From Alphaproteobacteria bacterium (GTDB lineage Bacteria > Pseudomonadota > Alphaproteobacteria > CACIAM-22H2): a stretch of DNA of 64,000 nucleotides. The position numbers were made by a program, and so were the translations under genes. The stretch is taken from NCBI GenBank assembly GCA_035457725.1, contig DATIBC010000041.1, positions 260 to 64,259 of the forward strand, written 5' to 3'. This document shows, piece by piece, positions 27,633-38,924 of the stretch. Numbering within the stretch: the first letter of the stretch is position 1; each line of letters begins with the position of its first letter. The notes under the pieces were generated by a model that saw only the letters and a list, made by a program, of their open reading frames with translations, did no database searches and was not told the origin of the DNA.

Positions 27633-29399
27633 ATGGCCGTGACGAAAGACCTTCACCGCCGGCTCGCCGCGATCCTATCGGCCGACGTGGCGGGTTACAG
27701 CCGTCTGATGAGCGAAGACGAGGCGGCGACGCTGGCTGCCGTTCAAGCGCACCAGAAAGAGCTGATCGAGCCCAAGGTCGCCCAGCACCATGGCCGCATC
27801 GTCAAGTTGATGGGCGACGGACTGCTGGCGGAGTTTCCCAGCGCGGTCGAGGCGGTGCGATGCGCCGTCGAGATCCAGCGCACCATGCATGAGCGAACGC
27901 TCGGGACGTCGCCGCAAAGACGGATCGCCTTTCGGATCGGCATCAATATCGGCGACATAATCGGCGTCGGCGACGACATATACGGAGACGGCGTCAACGT
28001 CGCGGCGCGGCTCGAAGGACTGGCGAAGCCGGGCGGAATCTGCGTCGCCCACAACGTGGTCGATCATGTCAAGGCCAAGGTGGAATTCGCCTTCGAGGAC
28101 AAGGGCGAAAAACAGGTCAAAAACATCGCCAAGCCGATTCGCGTTTTCGAAGTCGTGTTCGATGAGCCGCCCGGGGGCCGCGTATCGCGCGACATCGAGA
28201 ATCCTCCGCTGCCCGACGCGCCTTCGATCGCCGTCCTGCCGTTCGCCAACATGAGCGGCGACCCGGAGCAGGATTTCCTTGCCGACGGCATCGCGGAGGA
28301 AATCATAACCGCGCTCGCACGCCTGCGCTGGTTGTTCGTAATCGCGCGCCATTCGACGTTCGTCTACAAGGGAAGAGCGGTCGATGTCCGCCAGGTCGCA
28401 CGCGAGCTCGGCGTGCGCTACGTGCTGGAAGGCAGCGTCAAGACCGCGGGCTCACGCTTGCGCATCATTGGCCAGCTCATCGACGCCGAGACCGGAAAGC
28501 ACATCTGGGCCGAGAAGTACGACGGTGAGCTCCGGGACATTTTCGCCGTTCAGGACGACATCACCGAGCGGGTCGTGGCGGCGGTCGAGCCGCACCTCTA
28601 TGCCGAAGAGGGTATCCGTGCGTCGAACAAGCCGCCGGAGAATATCGACGCCTGGGGGCTCGTCGTCCGCGCGCTGAGCCTGCTCAACAAACTCGAGCAA
28701 AAGCGGAACCAAGAAGCACAGGCGCTCCTGCGTCGCGCCATCGAGATCGAGCCGAGTTACGCCCGCGCCCATGCATTGCTGAGCTGGGCCATCTGGTGGG
28801 CCTCGCTCTGCTACTGGTATGGCGATGCGCGCGAAGGCTATCGGCAGGCCGCTGCGCATGCCCACGACGCATTGTCCCTCGACCCCAGCGATCCATGGGC
28901 GCGCATGATCTCCGGCCTCTGCCTCAGCACCGCCGGGCACCACGACCGGGCGTTGGGCGAATTGCGGACGGCGCTCAATCTAAATCCAAGCTTTGCCCTG
29001 GGGCACACCGCGTACGGGTGGGCGTTGCTGCGCGCCGGCTCGTTCGACGAAGCGATCGCCGAAACCGGAAAGGCGATGCGCATGAGCCCGTTGGACAGCT
29101 TCTCCGGCTTCTACACCGTCATACACGGGCTGACGCTCTTGGGCGCGCGGCGTTTCGCGGAGGCGCTGCCCTATTTGCGCGCCTCGGTCGCCGCGTTCGC
29201 CGAGTACCCCGGACACTACAACACTTTGATCAGCTGCTGTGGCCACCTCGGCTTGATCGAGGAAGCCAAGGAGTTCATCGCGATCCGCAATCGGGTTGGA
29301 CCCAAGCTGCGCATAGGCGCTTTGCAGATGAATATGAGCACATTTGCCCATCGTGACGTCTTCATCGAAGGGCTGAGGAAAGCGGGCATTTCAGAGTAG
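27633..29399 (+). CDS. class III adenylate cyclase with C-terminal TPR-repeat domain
   Basis: N-terminal cyclase core (LSADVAGYSRLM, KLMGDGLLAEF, GINIGD), TM/linker, then TPR-like repeats. Confidence 0.75.
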   Translation: MAVTKDLHRRLAAILSADVAGYSRLMSEDEAATLAAVQAHQKELIEPKVAQHHGRIVKLMGDGLLAEFPSAVEAVRCAVEIQRTMHERTLGTSPQRRIAFRIGINIGDIIGVGDDIYGDGVNVAARLEGLAKPGGICVAHNVVDHVKAKVEFAFEDKGEKQVKNIAKPIRVFEVVFDEPPGGRVSRDIENPPLPDAPSIAVLPFANMSGDPEQDFLADGIAEEIITALARLRWLFVIARHSTFVYKGRAVDVRQVARELGVRYVLEGSVKTAGSRLRIIGQLIDAETGKHIWAEKYDGELRDIFAVQDDITERVVAAVEPHLYAEEGIRASNKPPENIDAWGLVVRALSLLNKLEQKRNQEAQALLRRAIEIEPSYARAHALLSWAIWWASLCYWYGDAREGYRQAAAHAHDALSLDPSDPWARMISGLCLSTAGHHDRALGELRTALNLNPSFALGHTAYGWALLRAGSFDEAIAETGKAMRMSPLDSFSGFYTVIHGLTLLGARRFAEALPYLRASVAAFAEYPGHYNTLISCCGHLGLIEEAKEFIAIRNRVGPKLRIGALQMNMSTFAHRDVFIEGLRKAGISE

Positions 29400-29545
29400 C
29401 GGGCTGCGGGACGCGCTTCGATGCGCCAGCGCAGCCGACCAGCCGTCTTTCGAACAGAGCTCGTCGCCGCGACGGTCCCCGTGGTCGCCGCGCGGCGATA
29501 CCGCTTGGCGTTTACCGTGACTCCCGGTCCATGATAGGAAGAGCC

Positions 29546-30502
29546 ATGGCGCATTATCTCGAATTCGAGAAACCGATCGCCGAGCTCGAGGGAAAAATCG
29601 AAGAGCTACGGCACCTGACCGGCGCGCACGGGCTCAACATTGCCGAGGAAGTCGGCAAGCTTCAGGCGAAGGTCGACCGTCAGCTACGCCATGCCTATGG
29701 CAGGCTCACCGCGTGGCAAAAGGTACAGGTGGCGCGCCACCCCGATCGTCCGCATTTCGGCGACTATGTCGGTGCGCTGATCGAGGACTTCACGCCGCTC
29801 GCCGGCGATCGGTTGTTCGGCGAGGACACCGCGATCGTCGGCGGTCTGGGCCGATTCTCCGGCCACGCCTGCGTCGTCATCGGCCACGAGAAGGGCGCCG
29901 AGACGGAAGATCGCGTGCGCCACAATTTCGGCATGGCACGTCCAGAGGGCTATCGCAAGGCGCAGCGGCTGATGCGCCTGGCCGATCGTTTCCATCTGCC
30001 GGTGATCGCCTTGGTCGACACTCCCGGCGCCTATCCGGGAGTCGACGCCGAAGCGCGCGGGCAGGCCGAAGCGATCGCGCGCTGCCTCGAGGTCGGTCTC
30101 GATATTCGCGTGCCCTTCCTCGCCGCGGTCATCGGCGAAGGCGGTTCGGGTGGCGCGGTGGCGATCGCCGCCGCCAATCGCGTGATCATGCTCGAGCACG
30201 CCATCTATTCGGTGATTTCGCCGGAAGGCTGCGCGTCGATTCTGTGGCGAAGCGCGGCGCAAGCGCAAGACGCCGCCGCCGCACTCAAGCTCACGGCGCA
30301 GGATTTGCTGCGGTTCGGCGTCGTCGACGAAATCGTCCCCGAACCGCTCGGCGGCGCGCATCGCGATCGCGAAAGGACGATCCGCGCGCTGGGGGAGGCG
30401 ATCGGGCGCGCCTTGCGCGAGCTCAAGGGCGTCAGCGGCGAAACCATCCGTCAGCGCCGGCGCGAAAAGTTCCTCGAGATGGGCCGCCGGGAGCTGGCGT
30501 GA
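29546..30502 (+). CDS. accA: acetyl-CoA carboxylase carboxyltransferase alpha subunit
   Basis: MAHYLEFEKPIAELEGKIEEL N-terminus and the conserved AccA core (GGSGGA, PEGCASILW). Confidence 0.9.
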   Translation: MAHYLEFEKPIAELEGKIEELRHLTGAHGLNIAEEVGKLQAKVDRQLRHAYGRLTAWQKVQVARHPDRPHFGDYVGALIEDFTPLAGDRLFGEDTAIVGGLGRFSGHACVVIGHEKGAETEDRVRHNFGMARPEGYRKAQRLMRLADRFHLPVIALVDTPGAYPGVDAEARGQAEAIARCLEVGLDIRVPFLAAVIGEGGSGGAVAIAAANRVIMLEHAIYSVISPEGCASILWRSAAQAQDAAAALKLTAQDLLRFGVVDEIVPEPLGGAHRDRERTIRALGEAIGRALRELKGVSGETIRQRRREKFLEMGRRELA

Positions 30503-31515
30503 GTCCGGGGCGAGCCTCGGCATCGCTCGAAAACAAGGAGCTGGATCCCTCGGGATTGGCCAAGTCGATCTTGACCGGCGACCGGCGCGCGCTGGCGCGC
30601 GCCATCACGCTGGTCGAATCGACGCGCTCCGACCACCGCGCCAAAGCCGAGACCTTGCTCGCCCGACTGCTGCCGCACACCGGCAAGGCGGTGCGAATCG
30701 GTGTTTCGGGATCTCCCGGGGTCGGCAAATCGACGTTCATCGAGGCGTTCGGACTGTATCTCATCGAGCGCGGTCACCAGCTCGCCGTGTTGGCCGTCGA
30801 CCCGTCGTCGCGCCGTTCCGGCGGCTCCATCCTCGGCGACAAGACACGCATGAGCGATCTGGCGCGCGTCGAGCGCGCTTTCATCCGACCTTCGCCTTCG
30901 GGAGGCACGCTCGGCGGCGTGGCGCGGCGTACGCGCGAGGTCGGTTTGGTCTGCGAGGCCGCCGGGTTTGACGTCGTCCTCGTCGAGACAGTCGGAGTTG
31001 GTCAATCGGAAACCGCGGTCGCCGACATGGTCGACCTCTTCCTGTTGCTGTTGCCGCCGGCCGGCGGCGACGAGCTGCAGGGCCTGAAGAAAGGGATCGT
31101 CGAGCTCGCCGATATCATCGCGGTCAACAAGGCCGACGGCGATCTCAAGGCAGCGGCGGTCCGCGCGGCGGCCGAGTATACCGCGGCAATGCCCCTCATT
31201 CGCGGGACGTTCGAGGGCTGGCGCCCGCCGGTCTTGCAGGTATCCGCGCTCGAGCGGCGCGGCATGCAGGAGGTATGGGAGGCGATCGAGCGTTATCGGC
31301 GAACGCTTGGGCCGGCGCGGCTCGCCGCCAGGCGACGCGCGCAGGCCACCGCCTGGATGTGGAATGAGATCGAGGAGGGATTGCTGGCCGCGCTCCGGGC
31401 CCATCCGCGGGTCGCCAAGCGGCTGGCGGGCTTGGAGGCCCAGGTTTCGGCCGGCGTCACGACGCCGACCGCCGCCGCCCAGGCGATCCTTGCGGCGTTT
31501 CGCAGTGATAAGTAA
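30499..31515 (+). CDS. meaB: methylmalonyl-CoA-mutase-associated GTPase MeaB (ArgK family)
   Basis: P-loop GSPGVGKST, GxxxD and NKAD GTPase motifs. GTG start overlapping the accA stop (GTGA). Confidence 0.8.
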   Translation: MSPGRASASLENKELDPSGLAKSILTGDRRALARAITLVESTRSDHRAKAETLLARLLPHTGKAVRIGVSGSPGVGKSTFIEAFGLYLIERGHQLAVLAVDPSSRRSGGSILGDKTRMSDLARVERAFIRPSPSGGTLGGVARRTREVGLVCEAAGFDVVLVETVGVGQSETAVADMVDLFLLLLPPAGGDELQGLKKGIVELADIIAVNKADGDLKAAAVRAAAEYTAAMPLIRGTFEGWRPPVLQVSALERRGMQEVWEAIERYRRTLGPARLAARRRAQATAWMWNEIEEGLLAALRAHPRVAKRLAGLEAQVSAGVTTPTAAAQAILAAFRSDK

Positions 31516-31676
31516 GTGTTTGAATCGTAATATCATTCACCGCAGCTTGACGGCTGTCCGGTAAGTTCGTACAACGCCCTCGCGCAGCGGGCCGGCCACG
31601 GCCCGCCTTTGTTTCTGGTCGTCCCGCCGCCTGCGCGCCAGGCCTGGATCGCGGCCTCGAAGGGGTCCATCGCGTC

Positions 31677-31973
31677 ATGTCACGTCGCTGCATCGTCACT
31701 GGCAAAGGCGTCTTGGTTGGCAACAATGTCAGTCACGCCAACAACAAGACCAAACGTCGCTTCATGCCGAACCTCCAGCAGACATCGCTGCTTTCGGATT
31801 CGCTCGGCCGTTCGATTCGCCTATGCGTTTCGACGCGCGGGCTGCGGACCATAGAGCACCGCGGCGGCCTCGATGCATGGCTGCTCGGCACGCCCGACGC
31901 CAGGCTCGACAAGATGCTGCGGCGGATCAAGCATCAGATCCAGGAGGCCGTCGCCAAACGCGCGGCAGCCTGA
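31677..31973 (+). CDS. rpmB: 50S ribosomal protein L28
   Basis: [30 protein letters not shown] signature of bL28. Alphaproteobacterial-length form (98 aa). Confidence 0.9.
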   Translation: MSRRCIVTGKGVLVGNNVSHANNKTKRRFMPNLQQTSLLSDSLGRSIRLCVSTRGLRTIEHRGGLDAWLLGTPDARLDKMLRRIKHQIQEAVAKRAAA

Positions 31974-32012
31974 TCGACGCACAAGAAGAAGCGCCTTTTT
32001 CCGATCCAACTC

Positions 32013-32045
32013 GAAGCCCGCCCTTGGCGGGCTTTCTTGTTGTTC
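32013..32045. terminator. Rho-independent terminator between convergent rpmB and the phytase-like gene
   Basis: GC hairpin AAGCCCGCC-cttg-GGCGGGCTT followed by a T-rich tract (TCTTGTTGTT). Confidence 0.6.
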
Positions 32046-32053
32046 GTCCTGGC

Positions 32054-33067
32054 TCACTCGGCGAGCGCGAAGACGAACAGCACGGTGCGCAAGAGGATCG
32101 AAAAATTGTCGTCGGAGAGGAGATAGATCAGCGTCCTTCCGTCGCTCGCGCGACGCGCCGCGACGCCCTCGAAATTGTCCGGCGCGAGCGGCGAGCCGAT
32201 CTGCCCAAGTTCCTCGCCGACGATCCGCGCGCCAGGGCTGATCGCCACGCGCGGCACCCGCGTAATTCGCGTCGCCAGGCCTGAAAAAACCCCAAAAAGC
32301 CGCTCGATGACGATGACGTCGCCATCGGGCAGCGACGTGGCGCCGGTGGGCTTGAAGCCTTGGCCGGCCATATAGACGATACGCCGCCATTGCCCGGGCC
32401 GCCCGATCCAGCCGATACGCCCGCCCGCGTCGACCAGGTCCTCGGTCAGGGCCAGCAGATTTGATTCATCGAGCCAGGCGAGCGCCTCGATCCCGCCGTT
32501 CGCCGGCGCTTGCGCCAGTTCCGGCGGGGCTGAAAGCAGGCGTGGCGGCTGCGAGAACGGCGGTTCGGCGGCGGGATAGCGAGCCAAGCGGTGATGCCGC
32601 TCGAAAGCAACGATGAAGCCGCCATCGGGTGCACGGGCCAGCGCCTCCGCGTCGGCCTGTCGGCCGGAGAGCCGCTCGCGGCGGGAGTCGATCATCGCAC
32701 CGATCCGCGCCTGAGCGATGCCTACCGGCGCTCCCTTCGCGTCGCTTTGCAGCCGGGCTTCGAGAAAGTGACCGCGATCGGATATGGCGACCAGCCGCTC
32801 GCCCGTCGGATCGATCCATAAATCGGACCAACCGCCGAAGCGGTTGTCATCCGACGACAAGACGATGCCGCCAAGGAAATCGAGGCGTCCGGCGCGCGCC
32901 CGGTCCGGGCTGCCCGGATTGAGCGGCACGACTTCCGTCGTCACGGCGATCGGCGTCGCGGCAGGCGCCGGCGGGGCTGCGTGCCGAGTGGCGAGGCTGG
33001 GCACCGGCGCGCCGGCGATGCAAAGCGTCAGGGCCGCCAGCCAAGTTCGCGCGACCGATTTTTCCAA
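32054..33067 (-). CDS. secreted esterase-like protein of the phytase-like family (PF13449-like)
   Basis: Signal peptide. Motifs such as DRGHF, GIEALAW and LLSDDNF typical of this family. Confidence 0.5.
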   Translation of the reverse strand: MEKSVARTWLAALTLCIAGAPVPSLATRHAAPPAPAATPIAVTTEVVPLNPGSPDRARAGRLDFLGGIVLSSDDNRFGGWSDLWIDPTGERLVAISDRGHFLEARLQSDAKGAPVGIAQARIGAMIDSRRERLSGRQADAEALARAPDGGFIVAFERHHRLARYPAAEPPFSQPPRLLSAPPELAQAPANGGIEALAWLDESNLLALTEDLVDAGGRIGWIGRPGQWRRIVYMAGQGFKPTGATSLPDGDVIVIERLFGVFSGLATRITRVPRVAISPGARIVGEELGQIGSPLAPDNFEGVAARRASDGRTLIYLLSDDNFSILLRTVLFVFALAE

Positions 33068-33148
33068 GCCGATCCACCTCGATATTACGGAGAACGAAAC
33101 GGCGCGGGATGGAAATCCCGCGCCGTCAGTCTAACCGATCGACACCGC

Positions 33149-34012
33149 TCAGGCGGCGCCGTGTTTCTTGAACCAGCCCTGCAGCCTGCGCCAGCCATCC
33201 ATCGCCTTGTCCGCGCGGTAACTCCCGCGGTAGTCGGCATGAAAGCCATGCGGCGTATCGGGATAGAGCACGATCTCGGACGGTTTGCCGGCCGTCCTCA
33301 GGGCGGCACGCATCTTGTCGACGGTATCGTTGGGAATTCCGCCATCGGCGCCGCCATAAAGCCCGAGCACCGGCGCCTTGAGATCGTTGGCAATATCGAC
33401 CGGATGCTTGGGCATGAGTTCGTTGCCTTGACCGACCAGCCGTCCGTACCACGCCACGCCGGCTTTCAGACTCGGGTTGTGGGCGGCGTACAGCCAGACG
33501 ACCCGTCCGCCCCAGCAGAATCCCGTGACGGCGAGCTTTGCGACATTGCCGCCTTCGCCGGCCGACCATCCGGCCGCCGCATCAAGATCGGCCAGCACCT
33601 GCGCGTCCGGCACCTTGGAGACGACTTGCGACAGAATCTGTTGGATGTCGGTGATCTTCGACACATCGCCCTGGCGCGCGTAGAGTTCCGGCGCAACGGC
33701 GAGATAACCGAGCTTGGCGAACCGACGGCACACGTCGCGGATGTGCTCGTGAACGCCGAAGATTTCCTGCACCACAAGCACCACCGGGAAATTCGCGCCC
33801 GATGCCGGCTTGGCGCGATAGCCGGGAATTCGCCCATCGGCGACCGGAATCCTGACCTCGCCCGCGACAATGCCGCTGGTGTCCGTCGTGATGGTTTGCG
33901 CCGATACAGGTCCTGCAGCGACCGCGAATCCCGCGGCAAGCGAAGTGACCACGAAGCCGCGTCGCGACAATGCCACGCTGGATTGTGTCAAGTTGCGAAG
34001 ATCGTCGTGCAT
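33149..34012 (-). CDS. dienelactone hydrolase family protein (Tat-secreted)
   Basis: Twin-arginine signal (SRRGFVV). DLH triad context (GFCWGG nucleophile, C-terminal His). Confidence 0.75.
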   Translation of the reverse strand: MHDDLRNLTQSSVALSRRGFVVTSLAAGFAVAAGPVSAQTITTDTSGIVAGEVRIPVADGRIPGYRAKPASGANFPVVLVVQEIFGVHEHIRDVCRRFAKLGYLAVAPELYARQGDVSKITDIQQILSQVVSKVPDAQVLADLDAAAGWSAGEGGNVAKLAVTGFCWGGRVVWLYAAHNPSLKAGVAWYGRLVGQGNELMPKHPVDIANDLKAPVLGLYGGADGGIPNDTVDKMRAALRTAGKPSEIVLYPDTPHGFHADYRGSYRADKAMDGWRRLQGWFKKHGAA

Positions 34013-34141
34013 TCGATACGCCCCATATATTTGCGTTATTCCGACCTACCGGATGCGGCAGGCGGGGAAATGATATGAGGCGAAACGGACGGGTGACCAA
34101 ACACGATTTCGCGACCGCCAACCGGCGATTGCGCGACCTAC

Positions 34142-36010
34142 CTATGCGACGCGCCGGCGCCCGCGCGTGGCGTTCCGCTGCTGCTCTTCCTCGTCGAACA
34201 ATTCCGCCAGTTTTTCCATCATCGTTCCGCCGAGCTGTTCGGCATCGACAATGGTAACCGCGCGGCGGTAATAGCGCGTGACGTCGTGGCCGATCCCGAT
34301 GGCCAGCAGCTCGACCGGGGAGCGCGTTTCGACATACTCGATGACGTCGCGAAGATGCCGTTCCAGGTAGTTGCCGGGATTGACCGATAGCGTCGAGTCG
34401 TCGACGGGCGCGCCATCGGAGATCACCATGAGGATCCGCCGCTGTTCCGGCCTTGCGACCAGACGATTATGCGCCCATAGCAGCGCCTCGCCGTCGATGT
34501 TCTCCTTGAGCAATCCCTCGCGCAGCATGAGGCCCAGCGACTTGCGCGCCCGGCGCCACGGCGCGTCGGCGCCCTTGTAGACTATGTGCCGCAAATCGTT
34601 GAGCCGTCCTGGCCCCGGCGGCTTGCCGGCGGCGAGCCAGCGTTCGCGGCTTTGTCCACCCTTCCAGGCGCGCGTGGTGAAGCCGAGAATTTCGACCTTG
34701 ACGCCGCAACGCTCGAGCGTCCGGGCGAGGATGTCGGCGCTCATCGCAGCGACGGTAATCGGTCGTCCGCGCATCGAGCCGGAATTGTCGATCAGCAGGG
34801 TGACGACCGTATCGCGAAAATCGGTCTCCTTTTCGCGCTTGTAGGACAAGGGATATTCGGGATTGACCACGACGCGCGACAGCCGTGCCGCGTCGAGCAT
34901 CCCCTCCTCGAGATCAAACTCCCATGCCCGGCTCTGCCGCGCCAGCAGGCGGCGCTGCAACCGATTAGCCAACCGCCCGATGACGCTCTGCAGATGCTGG
35001 AGCTGTTGATCGAGATGGAGACGCAGTCGCGCCAATTCGTCGGGATCGCACAGTTCCTCGGCTTCGACGATCTCGTCGAATGCGGTGGTGTAGGCTTTGT
35101 ATGCCGGCTCGTTGGGCTGGTTGGAGAACGGCCCATGCGGCCGCCACCGCCGCCCGGGTCGATCCGGTCCCTCCTCGCCCATTCCGGCGGTCTCCTCGCC
35201 CTCACTGTCCTCGGCCGAGCCCTCGCCGCCCGCATCGATCTCGGCCTCGCGCGTTTCGCCGGACAGCGCGCTTTCGCTCGTCGAATCGGCGCCCTCACCG
35301 CGCTCGCCCGCTTCGGCACCCTGCTGTCCTTCCTCGCCCTGCGAAGGCTCGTCGTCCGGTTCGCTCGCCGCCGCATCCTCCTCGCCGAGATCGAGATCGG
35401 CGATCAGGCGCCGCACGGCTTGGGCGAATGTGTCTTGGTCATCGAGCAGGCGGGCGAGGGCGGCGAGATCGGCGCCCGCTTTCGATTCGATCCATGGACG
35501 CCACAAATCGACCATGCGGCGCGCCTCGGCCGGCGGCGAGGCGCCGGTCATCGCCTCGCGCGCGAGCAGGCTTAGCACCTCGACCAACGGCGCCTGTTCG
35601 CGGTCGGAGATCCGCGCGAAACCCTGGACCCGACAGCGTTCCTCGAGCGCCGCCGCGAGATTCGCCGCGACGCCGCTCATGCGACGCGCGCCCAGTCCCT
35701 CGCAGCGCGCTTGTTCGATGACGTTGAAGATCGCACGCGACGTCTGCCCGCCCGGCTGGCGGCGCTGATGCGTGGCGTCGTCATGATGGCGAAGTCGAAG
35801 CGCCATCGAATCCGCCTCGCCGCGCACGATGGCGACCTCGCCCGGCGGCAACTCGCGTGAAGGCAGCGGCAGCCGCGCCTCGGAGCCGCGCAGCGCCGGG
35901 CCCTCCGGAGCGAAGGTCACGTTGACATCCGGCCGGTGGGAAACAGCGCGCATCGTCGCGCCGGTCACCTGCCGGAAGGCCTCGATCGGTCCGTCGTTCT
36001 GGCGGGCCAT
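34142..36010 (-). CDS. cobT: aerobic cobaltochelatase subunit CobT
   Basis: 622 aa with central acidic low-complexity region and C-terminal vWA/MIDAS domain (DNSGSM). Adjacent to cobS. Confidence 0.8.
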   Translation of the reverse strand: MARQNDGPIEAFRQVTGATMRAVSHRPDVNVTFAPEGPALRGSEARLPLPSRELPPGEVAIVRGEADSMALRLRHHDDATHQRRQPGGQTSRAIFNVIEQARCEGLGARRMSGVAANLAAALEERCRVQGFARISDREQAPLVEVLSLLAREAMTGASPPAEARRMVDLWRPWIESKAGADLAALARLLDDQDTFAQAVRRLIADLDLGEEDAAASEPDDEPSQGEEGQQGAEAGERGEGADSTSESALSGETREAEIDAGGEGSAEDSEGEETAGMGEEGPDRPGRRWRPHGPFSNQPNEPAYKAYTTAFDEIVEAEELCDPDELARLRLHLDQQLQHLQSVIGRLANRLQRRLLARQSRAWEFDLEEGMLDAARLSRVVVNPEYPLSYKREKETDFRDTVVTLLIDNSGSMRGRPITVAAMSADILARTLERCGVKVEILGFTTRAWKGGQSRERWLAAGKPPGPGRLNDLRHIVYKGADAPWRRARKSLGLMLREGLLKENIDGEALLWAHNRLVARPEQRRILMVISDGAPVDDSTLSVNPGNYLERHLRDVIEYVETRSPVELLAIGIGHDVTRYYRRAVTIVDAEQLGGTMMEKLAELFDEEEQQRNATRGRRRVA

Positions 36011-36038
36011 CGTCGTCGCCGTCGCGCGGCCGGTGCGC

Positions 36039-37040
36039 TCAGCCCAGACGCGGCTTTTGCCCCGGCCCGACGAACAATTCGGTCCCGAAGCAGCGCTGAT
36101 AGTATTCGGCGACGGTCTGCCGCTCCACCTCGTCGCATTTGTTAAGGAACGTGAGGCGGAACGCGAAAGCGATGTCGTTGAAGATGCGTGCGTTCTCCGC
36201 CCAGGTGATGACCGTTCGCGGCGACATCACGGTCGAGATGTCGCCGGCGATGAATCCGGCCCGCGTAAGATCCGCCAACGCCACCATTGCGCTGATCGTC
36301 TCGCGGCCCTCCTTGGTGTCCCAGCTCGACGCCTTGGCCAGCACGATCTTCATTTCCTCGTCGTGCGGCAGATAGTTCAGCGTGGCGACGATGTTCCAGC
36401 GATCCATCTGCCCCTGGTTGATCTGCTGCGTGCCGTGATAGAGGCCAGTGGTGTCGCCCAAGCCGACGGTATTCGCCGTGGCGAACAGCCTAAACGCGGG
36501 ATGCGGGCGCATGACGCGGTTCTGATCGAGCAGCGTCAACTTGCCTTCGACTTCGAGCACGCGTTGAATCACGAACATGACGTCGGCGCGGCCGGCGTCG
36601 TACTCGTCGAAGCACAGGGCGCAAGGATGTTGCAACGCCCACGGCAGAATGCCTTCGCGAAACTCGGTGACTTGCTTGCCTTCGCGCAGCACGATCGCGT
36701 CGCGGCCGATGAGATCGATGCGGCTGATGTGACTGTCGAGATTAATGCGGATGCACGGCCAGTTGAGTCGCGCGGCGACCTGCTCGATGTGCGTCGACTT
36801 ACCGGTGCCGTGATAACCCTGGATCAGGCAGCGGCGATTGAATGCGAAACCGGCGAGGATCGCCAGCGTCGTCTCGCGGTCGAAACGATAGGCCTCGTCG
36901 ATGTCCGGGACGTGATCGTCCGAATACGAGAAGGCGGGAACCTCCAGATCGCTGTCGATGCCGAAGGTCTGGCGCACCTTCACCTGAATATCGGGCAGCG
37001 CGGTCGCTGGATCGCGTGTCATCGTTTGTATGGCAACCAT
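36039..37040 (-). CDS. cobS: aerobic cobaltochelatase subunit CobS (AAA+ ATPase)
   Basis: Walker [10 protein letters not shown] and Walker B CFDEYD. ~330 aa CobS architecture. Confidence 0.85.
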   Translation of the reverse strand: MVAIQTMTRDPATALPDIQVKVRQTFGIDSDLEVPAFSYSDDHVPDIDEAYRFDRETTLAILAGFAFNRRCLIQGYHGTGKSTHIEQVAARLNWPCIRINLDSHISRIDLIGRDAIVLREGKQVTEFREGILPWALQHPCALCFDEYDAGRADVMFVIQRVLEVEGKLTLLDQNRVMRPHPAFRLFATANTVGLGDTTGLYHGTQQINQGQMDRWNIVATLNYLPHDEEMKIVLAKASSWDTKEGRETISAMVALADLTRAGFIAGDISTVMSPRTVITWAENARIFNDIAFAFRLTFLNKCDEVERQTVAEYYQRCFGTELFVGPGQKPRLG

Positions 37041-37130
37041 GGTCGAAATCCAATTCCTATCCTGTCTTCTGGCGGCATCCCGCCGACTTGGCGCTATGTC
37101 AAGCGAAGGCGCGTTTTCCGCCGGCTAGGG

Positions 37131-37724
37131 TCAGCCGCCGGCGGCTAGCTTGACTCTATGTCCCTTGAGCAAGGTATACGCCTGATTGATTAATTTTAGC
37201 CGTTCCTCGGCGTTCTTGTCGCCCCCATTCGCATCGGGATGGTGGCGCTTGACGAGCTGCTTGTAACGCGCCTTCACCTCAGCCGGGGTGGCACCACTCG
37301 GCAAGTCGAGAACCGTGAGGGCCTTTTCCTGGGGCGTCCGTGCACGCGGCGGGTGGCGAAACTTATTGAAGTGCGGCGCCAAATTGTCTCCAACCATCCG
37401 CTCGAGCGCTGCGGCGAGGTCCTCCGGTCGAAAGCGGAACATCGGGCCACGTTCGCCCAACTTCCAGCTCGGCCGGCCGCCGACCACATCGTCGCGCCGG
37501 GAACGTTCGATTTCCGCCTGAGTCATACCGCGGTAGTAGTCCCACGATGCGTTGTAGGCGCGGACGTGATCGAGGCAGAACCAGAAATAATCGTTGAGCG
37601 TCGAACGCGAGCGTGGGGCGCGGAATTCGCCGGCCGCCATACAGCCGGGATGATCGCAGCCGCGGTGCTCGCTGCTGCCAAAATCGACCTGAGGCTCCCA
37701 GTATTTCGCTCGACGATAACGCAT
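37131..37724 (-). CDS. J-domain (DnaJ-like) protein
   Basis: C-terminal J domain with HPD motif (YKQLVKRHHPDANGG). Conserved neighbour of cobS in alphaproteobacteria. Confidence 0.7.
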   Translation of the reverse strand: MRYRRAKYWEPQVDFGSSEHRGCDHPGCMAAGEFRAPRSRSTLNDYFWFCLDHVRAYNASWDYYRGMTQAEIERSRRDDVVGGRPSWKLGERGPMFRFRPEDLAAALERMVGDNLAPHFNKFRHPPRARTPQEKALTVLDLPSGATPAEVKARYKQLVKRHHPDANGGDKNAEERLKLINQAYTLLKGHRVKLAAGG

Positions 37725-38066
37725 CGCAGGTTCAACGATATCTCCAGACCGTAAAGTATGAGTATGGCCGCGCGGCGTGACAAGTCGCGCCCGACGCAGG
37801 GCTGAGCCTCACCTTCGTGAGCCTAGTTTCGGTGGACGACTGCCGATCGTGTGCCGGAAGGCATCCGGCCGAAAGCGGCTAACATGCTGAAATTACGAGG
37901 AATACCGCATAACAATCGTGACCCCGTGGCGCGGCCGCGGCTACCGGGCCGCAATGACAAATTGCCGGCGAAGGCACGGCGCCATGGTCGCCCTGAATTC
38001 ACCTCGTGCGTCGCCGAAAGGACTGCCCGGCCGCCGAGCGCCAGGTGGCGGCAAGGCGACTGGACG

Positions 38067-38924
38067 TTAACGGAATGCCGCTTCCGCCGTCATCGCATAT
38101 GCGCCGTCGACGCCGGCCGCCCACAGCCGGGCGGATCGGCCGTCCTCGGCTGGAAGCCCGTTCACCGAGAACGGCGCAGTATCGAAGAGCGGACTAACCG
38201 CGCGAAACGCGAAGCGCACGAGGGCTTCGGATGCGACGTGCGTCGTCGCCAAGTCGAGCAGCAACGTGGCGATCAGCGGGCCGTGGACGATGAGCCCCGG
38301 ATATCCCTCGACCTTGGTGACGTAGGGATGGTCGTAGTGGATCCGATGACCATTGAACGTCAGCGCCGAGTAACGGAACAGCAGTACCGGATCGGGTCGT
38401 ATCATCCGCCGCCATGGCGCGCCCACCGGGGCCGGCGATGGTGCCGCGGCGGGGATGCCGGCGCTCGGCGCGGGGCGATAAACGATATCGTGCTCTTCTT
38501 CCAGCGACAGACCGTTCTCGCCGACGACGCGGTGACGGACCAGGACGAAGACGAGTGTACCGCTCTTTCCCTGCTTGACGGTGACGTCGCCGATTTCGGA
38601 TTCGCGCCTTATGCCTTCGCCGACATGAAGCGGCCGCTGGAACATCAACCGCCCTCCCGCCCACATGCGGCGTGGAAGCGGAACCGGCGGCAGGAATCCC
38701 CCGCGCTGGGGGTGGCCGTCGGGCCCAAGCTCGCTCGCTGGCGCCGCCGGATTGAAGAACATCCAGTGCCATCCGAGCGGCAAGACGTCGCCAGCGGCAG
38801 GGGCGCGCTCCTTGTCAAGGGTCGCTGCCATCGCCCGCACGCGATCCACGGCGACGACGTCTTCAGCCGTTTGGGCGCGGCCGATCCATCGCTTGAGCGA
38901 CTCGAGGTCGGCGCCGCCGTTCAT
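38067..38924 (-). CDS. MaoC-like / double hot-dog (R)-specific enoyl-CoA hydratase family protein
   Basis: Two hot-dog halves. Start ATG overlaps the stop of the upstream CoA-transferase (ATGA). Confidence 0.6.
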   Translation of the reverse strand: MNGGADLESLKRWIGRAQTAEDVVAVDRVRAMAATLDKERAPAAGDVLPLGWHWMFFNPAAPASELGPDGHPQRGGFLPPVPLPRRMWAGGRLMFQRPLHVGEGIRRESEIGDVTVKQGKSGTLVFVLVRHRVVGENGLSLEEEHDIVYRPAPSAGIPAAAPSPAPVGAPWRRMIRPDPVLLFRYSALTFNGHRIHYDHPYVTKVEGYPGLIVHGPLIATLLLDLATTHVASEALVRFAFRAVSPLFDTAPFSVNGLPAEDGRSARLWAAGVDGAYAMTAEAAFR

